From Heptranchias perlo (Eukaryota): a stretch of DNA of 64,000 bases. Both the position numbers and the translations under genes were made by a program. The notes below the pieces were generated by a model. The model did no database searches. It was not told where the DNA came from and saw nothing but the letters and a program-made list of their open reading frames with translations. The DNA lies in assembly GCF_035084215.1 (NCBI RefSeq), contig NC_090325.1:127286001-127350000 (forward strand), read 5' to 3'. Of this stretch, positions 59,467 through 64,000 are shown one piece after another. Position 1 is the stretch's first letter; the number at the start of each line of letters is the position of its first letter.

Positions 59467-60915
59467 GTGAGGACTTTTGCCTGACAGATGTGTTTTTCTT
59501 GTTTTTTTTGTAATACTGTGTGAAAATAGTGTATTTTATATTTTTCATTTTCAGTTGCATTTTTAAGACACAATTGTGCTTGGCATTGTGTCTTACCTGA
59601 ATTTGTTCTGCTTAGCTAATACTACAGGTTAAAGCGCATCTGATTTGTAGTAAGTGTATGATAACAAGGTAGGTCTATCTCAGAGTAAAATACTGCTTCC
59701 TTAAATCATCCCAAATGTGAAAAGGAATTGATTTGCTAACTGTGAAATAATTTGATGTGCAAAGGGTTTAAAAAGTATTCTTGATATTTCTCTTTTTTTC
59801 TTTTCTTACCCATCTCTTCCTATGACAAATATTGAAATATCAAGAGATACTCGATACTTTGAAACGTCTACCACATTTCTTTTAAATCTGTGTTTTTATA
59901 AAACCAGTTTAACCCACGCAGTTAAACCAAGAAAGGGTTTCTATTTTGATTGAGACATTTCTGTCACAAAACAATTGTGGACAAACCTGTCAATTCTGTA
60001 TTGGGTTGTACTGTTAAATTATTACTACTATTTTAATAAAGCTATTAATAGTACTTTTCCCATAGCATTTAATTATAAGGATGTTCATGTGGTGGTAGAA
60101 GTCTGGTCCATGTGTCACATCGTTATGTAAATCCTGGGACCTATAAACCTGCACATTAAGCACCAACATACAAAATGTCTGAAGTTGATAGATGCTGGCC
60201 TTCAATTCACGTTTTCAACAATCAGCTACCATGCGCAGATCACTATTAAAGTTTCTGCATTTTTTTTATGGACCAGAACACAGAATATAATTTTTGATTT
60301 GTATGATAGAATTAGCCACATTGTTGATTTCCAAATTAAGGATTTTTTAATCTGCAGGTGGCATAAGGAGACAGTGGGGCTGATTTTCGGATGGCAGAGC
60401 GGATACGTTGGGTGCGGGGAGTGCTCCTAAAATCGTACAAATCCGGAGTGGGATCGGAGCCTGGCTCCAACCCGCTGACATCCGGGTTCCCCAGTGATGC
60501 GTTCGGGTGCACGCTTGCCTCCCGAATGTGGGAGTCCCACCGGCAATTAAAGCCAGCGGGATGATCATTTACAGATAGTTAAAGTACTTGAGATACCTGA
60601 TTGAGTAGACATTTTGGCAGGGATGCAATTTTGAAGGATCCTCAGCATGTTTCCCGTGCTGTGGGAAACACTCCCTGTTGCAACAGACGTGTTTCCGCCA
60701 GCAGCCAGTGGGAGATGCAAATGATTATTTGACAGGTGGGGAGAAAACGTCATTTATTGCAGCAGGGCACTCTGTCAATTCAGAAAAAGTTTTGGCTGCA
60801 AGACCTTTTGTGTTATCACTCAAAATTCTTAATTTCCACCCAAAACTCTGCTATGCAAACATAGCTACCTTCTTTGCGGACCCCCTCAAACTCACACCAT
60901 CAGGATGGGGGCGCC

Positions 60916-62072
60916 ATGGCTGCATTCATCACTTCATCCGAGGACGAGCAACATCACCAGCCTCGCAAGGCATGGCGTCCACCTCCACCACGTGGAGCTC
61001 CACAACACAGTGCTGCCCCACAGGCACTTGTACAAGAGCAAGGAGGGCAGTAACAGAAAGAGCAATATCGCAGGAGGCATTACCCTCGCAACAGGGTCTA
61101 CAGACCGAGGCTCAGCTTCCTGGACCTTGCTGAGGAGCAATGCATTCAGAGGTTCAGAGTCAGTCGCCAGGTAGTCGCAGACATCTACAGCCTCCTTCAT
61201 GCCGAGCTGCTCCCGGCTGGGTTGAGCAGGATCTCCTTACCTGTCACTGTCAAAGTCACCACTGCCTTCAACTTCTTCGCCTCTGGATCATTCCAGGGTG
61301 CCACCGGGGACATCGCCGGGGTCTCTCAGTCGTTTGCAAACAAGTGCATAAGGCAGGTCACCAACGGCTTGTTTTGCAGGGCCTCTCACTACGTCAACTT
61401 CCCCATGGATGACCTCAGCCAGACGGAGAGGGCAGTGGGATTCCCCTCTGTGGCTGGCTTCCCACGGGCGCAGGGTATAAACGATTGCACCCATATAGCA
61501 ATACAAGCACCTCCACACGAGCCAGGACTGTTCATCAACACTCAGCTCGTTTGTGACCACCGCAAGAGATTCCTTCACGTGTGCGCCAGATACCCTGGCA
61601 GCTGCCACGATTCTTTCATCCTCCAGGAGGCTAACATCCCGCCCCTCTTCCACGTACCGAACACCCACAAGGGCTGGCTACTCGGGGACAAGGGATACCC
61701 CCTGCACACGTGGCTCATGACACCTCTGAGGAACCCCACCACCAAGCAACAGCGTCGATATAACGACAGCCACATCGCTACCAGGTCTACAATTGAGCAT
61801 GCTATAGGGCTGCTCAAGATGCGCTTCAGATGCCTTGATCGTTTTGTGGAAGCACTTCAATACGCACCAGACAGAGTGGGACGCATTATAGTCGTGTGTT
61901 GTGTCCTGCACAACAGAGAGGGGTGTCGCTTGAGGAGGCCCCATCCACATCTGTCACCCACATTGAGGAGGAGGAGGAGGAGGAGGAGGAGGAGCAATCC
62001 ATGGGCAGAACAGCAGCTCACCTGGCTGCTTGTGAGGCCAGGGAGTCACTGATATGTGAACGGTTCTCCTAA
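60916..62072 (+). pseudogene. Near-complete Harbinger DDE transposase
   Basis: RRHYPRNRVYRPRLSFLDL, NFFASGSFQ, INDCTHI, YPGSCHDSFIL, LLGDKGYPL, RSTIEHAIGLLKMRFRCL. One stop (61051), the NRKG motif is missing, and there is a late frameshift; (GAG)10 at 61965-61994. Confidence 0.9.
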
Positions 62073-62390
62073 CATCAGACAGTGTGAAGAGTCCAGTCCT
62101 CACCACGTGGATGGAGCAGCGCCCACGCCAGCACCGACCCCCACCCCCCGCACAAAACAGTCCTGCAACTACACATAAGGCCACTGTAGAGTGACCCAAT
62201 GGGTGGCATCAAGTGTGGGCATTCATGGTGAACCTCATGAAAGGGCCTTATCACAGAAGCCAGTCAAGCATGACCAAGACGTGGCAGTAGTTGTGACAAT
62301 AATAATATTGAATGTGCGTTTAACATAAAGCAAATATAAATTAAAAAAACATGACCAACCGTCAAACACCCTTGTGCATCCCCATTGTGC

Positions 62391-63694
62391 TTACAAAACC
62401 TTCGCCTTTCGCTTCCGACTACTTCTACGTGGTGCATCCCCTGTGGCTGCAGCAGAGGTAGTGGCAGGTTGCTCTTGGTCATGCCCTGACCGATTGGATG
62501 CTTTGGGCCTATGCACTCTGGGTTTTGGTGCCCGTTAGGGCTCCTCCAAAGACTGCTCCACCTGCACCTGTGCAGGGACAGACTTGGCCACCTGGAGAGG
62601 AGGCAGCATTGCAGGTACTGGTTGAGAGGGGGGCAATGGGTGAGACGTGGGGGCGCTTTGAGTGGCATCCCCACTTCCATGTCCCCTTTCGCCATCATCC
62701 CTCCCCTGGGCCAGGCCCACACCACTCCTACCACTCTGCTGGACGACAGTTTGGAGGACGTGTGTGAAGCCTTTTAAGGCCAGTGCTAGTGTATCTGCCT
62801 GCCTGTTTAAGGTAGCAGAATGTTGTTCACCCTGAGTCCGAACGGCCATTGTCGGGGCCTGAATGGACTCATTTGTGAGCCGTGCTTGAAGCTCAATGGA
62901 GGCTAGCCTTCCCTCCATCGCAGACATTCCTGCACTTGCTCGCAACACTACCTTAGAGATTCCCTCACGTCCCTGTGACAGTATCTCAGAGATTCCCTCC
63001 CTTACCTGCGCCACCATTCCACTCACGCAGGAGTTGGACTCCTCCATCCTCTGCTCAATTATGGAGAGTGCGCGTAGCACCTATTCCAGCACCTCGCAAA
63101 CGTGCTGCTGCCCCTCGATTATTCTCCTTTTGAAGGATGGCCCCCAAGGTTCAGCATTTACGTCCAGCTGAGCAGAGCCTGGAGAAGAGTGCTTCCACCG
63201 ACACGGACTCTCCACAGCTGCCCCTGCCACCAGTGTCTGCTCATGCTTAAGTGTGTGGTAACTCACCATGTGTGACCCGAACTAACTGCGTACTGGGACC
63301 CACCGAGGTGTGTGTATCTGCGCTGGTGGATGGCTTGCTCAAATGTGACGGTGCACCCTCAGAGGCCAGCAGGTCCTCTGAGGAATCGCCCTCCACCATC
63401 ACAGTGGTCGCTGAAGGCCCTGAAAGAGAACAGAAGGCAATATTAAGCATTATCACAGATGTTGAGGTGCTGAAGATGGCAAGACATGTTAACATCAATT
63501 CATATTGTGTGTGCTGAATGTAAAGTTCTGTCACCAGACGTTTGTGGGGTGCCAGTCTCAGCATCCCCAACAGACAGGCACTTGAGGGTGCGGCTCAGCT
63601 CCAGCGCCTCCTGCTCCGCGTCTGTGAGGACGACTATCTGTTGCCGTCCCCGTCCGGTCGTCACCCTCTCCCGTGCATTCTGCGCTTTCTTCTC
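62391..63694 (-). pseudogene. Harbinger Myb/SANT-like gene, exons 2 (63694-63535) and 3 (63419-62391)
   Basis: ttatag|EKKAQNARERVTTGRGRQQIVVLTDAEQEAL...G|gtgaca; tttcag|; C-terminus PRRSSRKRKAKVL-stop. Exon 1 would lie beyond the CR1 insertion. Confidence 0.78.
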
Positions 63695-63760
63695 CTATAA
63701 GGGGAGAAAGTAGAGACGCGTGAGCGAGTGATGATGACATGGGCAACCGATGAATGCAAG

Positions 63761-64000
63761 GTGACAGAAGTGTTAGTGAGGGATCACTTTGGGACCAGTG
63801 ATCATAATTCCATTAGTTTTAAGATAGCTATGGAGAAGGATAGGTCTGGCCCAAAAGTTAAAATTCTAAATTGGGGAAAGGCCAATTTTCATGGTATTAG
63901 ACAGGAACTTTCAGAAGTTGATTGGGAGAGTCTGTTGGCAGGCAAAGGGACGTCTGGTAAGTGGGAGGCTTTCAAAAGTGTGTTAACCAGGGTTCAGGGT
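63761..64000 (+). mobile_element. CR1 LINE ORF2 (end of the APE endonuclease), running off the window
   Basis: Open frame VTEVLVRDHFGTSDHNSISFKI...LNWGKANF...VDWESLL...KWEAFK. Confidence 0.88.

Larger units (their letters stand above)
60376..63760 (+). mobile_element. PIF/Harbinger transposon copy 3 (different subfamily); right part cut off by a CR1 insertion and the window end
   Basis: Left end ggggctgattttcgg; convergent transposase and Myb-like genes. Confidence 0.88.

Noticed and set aside
59467-64000. Delta variable exons 15 and 16 (INNKAN..., EPQTT...) and the hub exons
   Set aside because: Not found in the window; expected further downstream.

Overview
Vertebrate genomic DNA, not prokaryotic. 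The repeat content (abundant CR1 and L2 LINEs, Deu-domain SINEs, Harbinger DNA transposons) suggests a cartilaginous fish; that is an inference. The whole window lies inside a + strand CAMK2D (CaMKII delta) gene. It holds exons 6 to 14 by human numbering: two mutually exclusive 73-nt versions of exon 6, exons 7-13, and the 33-nt deltaB NLS exon KRKSSSSVQMM. The introns carry many CR1/L2 LINE fragments, SINEs, a solo LTR, four coding-type PIF/Harbinger elements (transposase plus a convergent, spliced Myb/SANT gene) and several Harbinger-type MITEs. The main leads are: (i) the regulatory segment reads Cys-Met, as in alpha, instead of the Met-Met oxidation pair of mammalian delta; (ii) a candidate 63-nt poison exon behind a ~146-nt AG-free pyrimidine tract in intron 9; (iii) a cluster of unannotated signals around exon 13, including an alphaKAP-like in-frame ATG with an upstream TATA, a recursive-splice-like AG|GTAAGA, a 63-nt in-frame exon candidate, and two candidate terminal exons that would give hub-less kinases; (iv) a ~300-bp near-perfect inverted duplication in intron 13. 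Exon boundaries were read directly from the sequence. Repeat boundaries are approximate, and comparisons with known proteins are from memory, not database searches.
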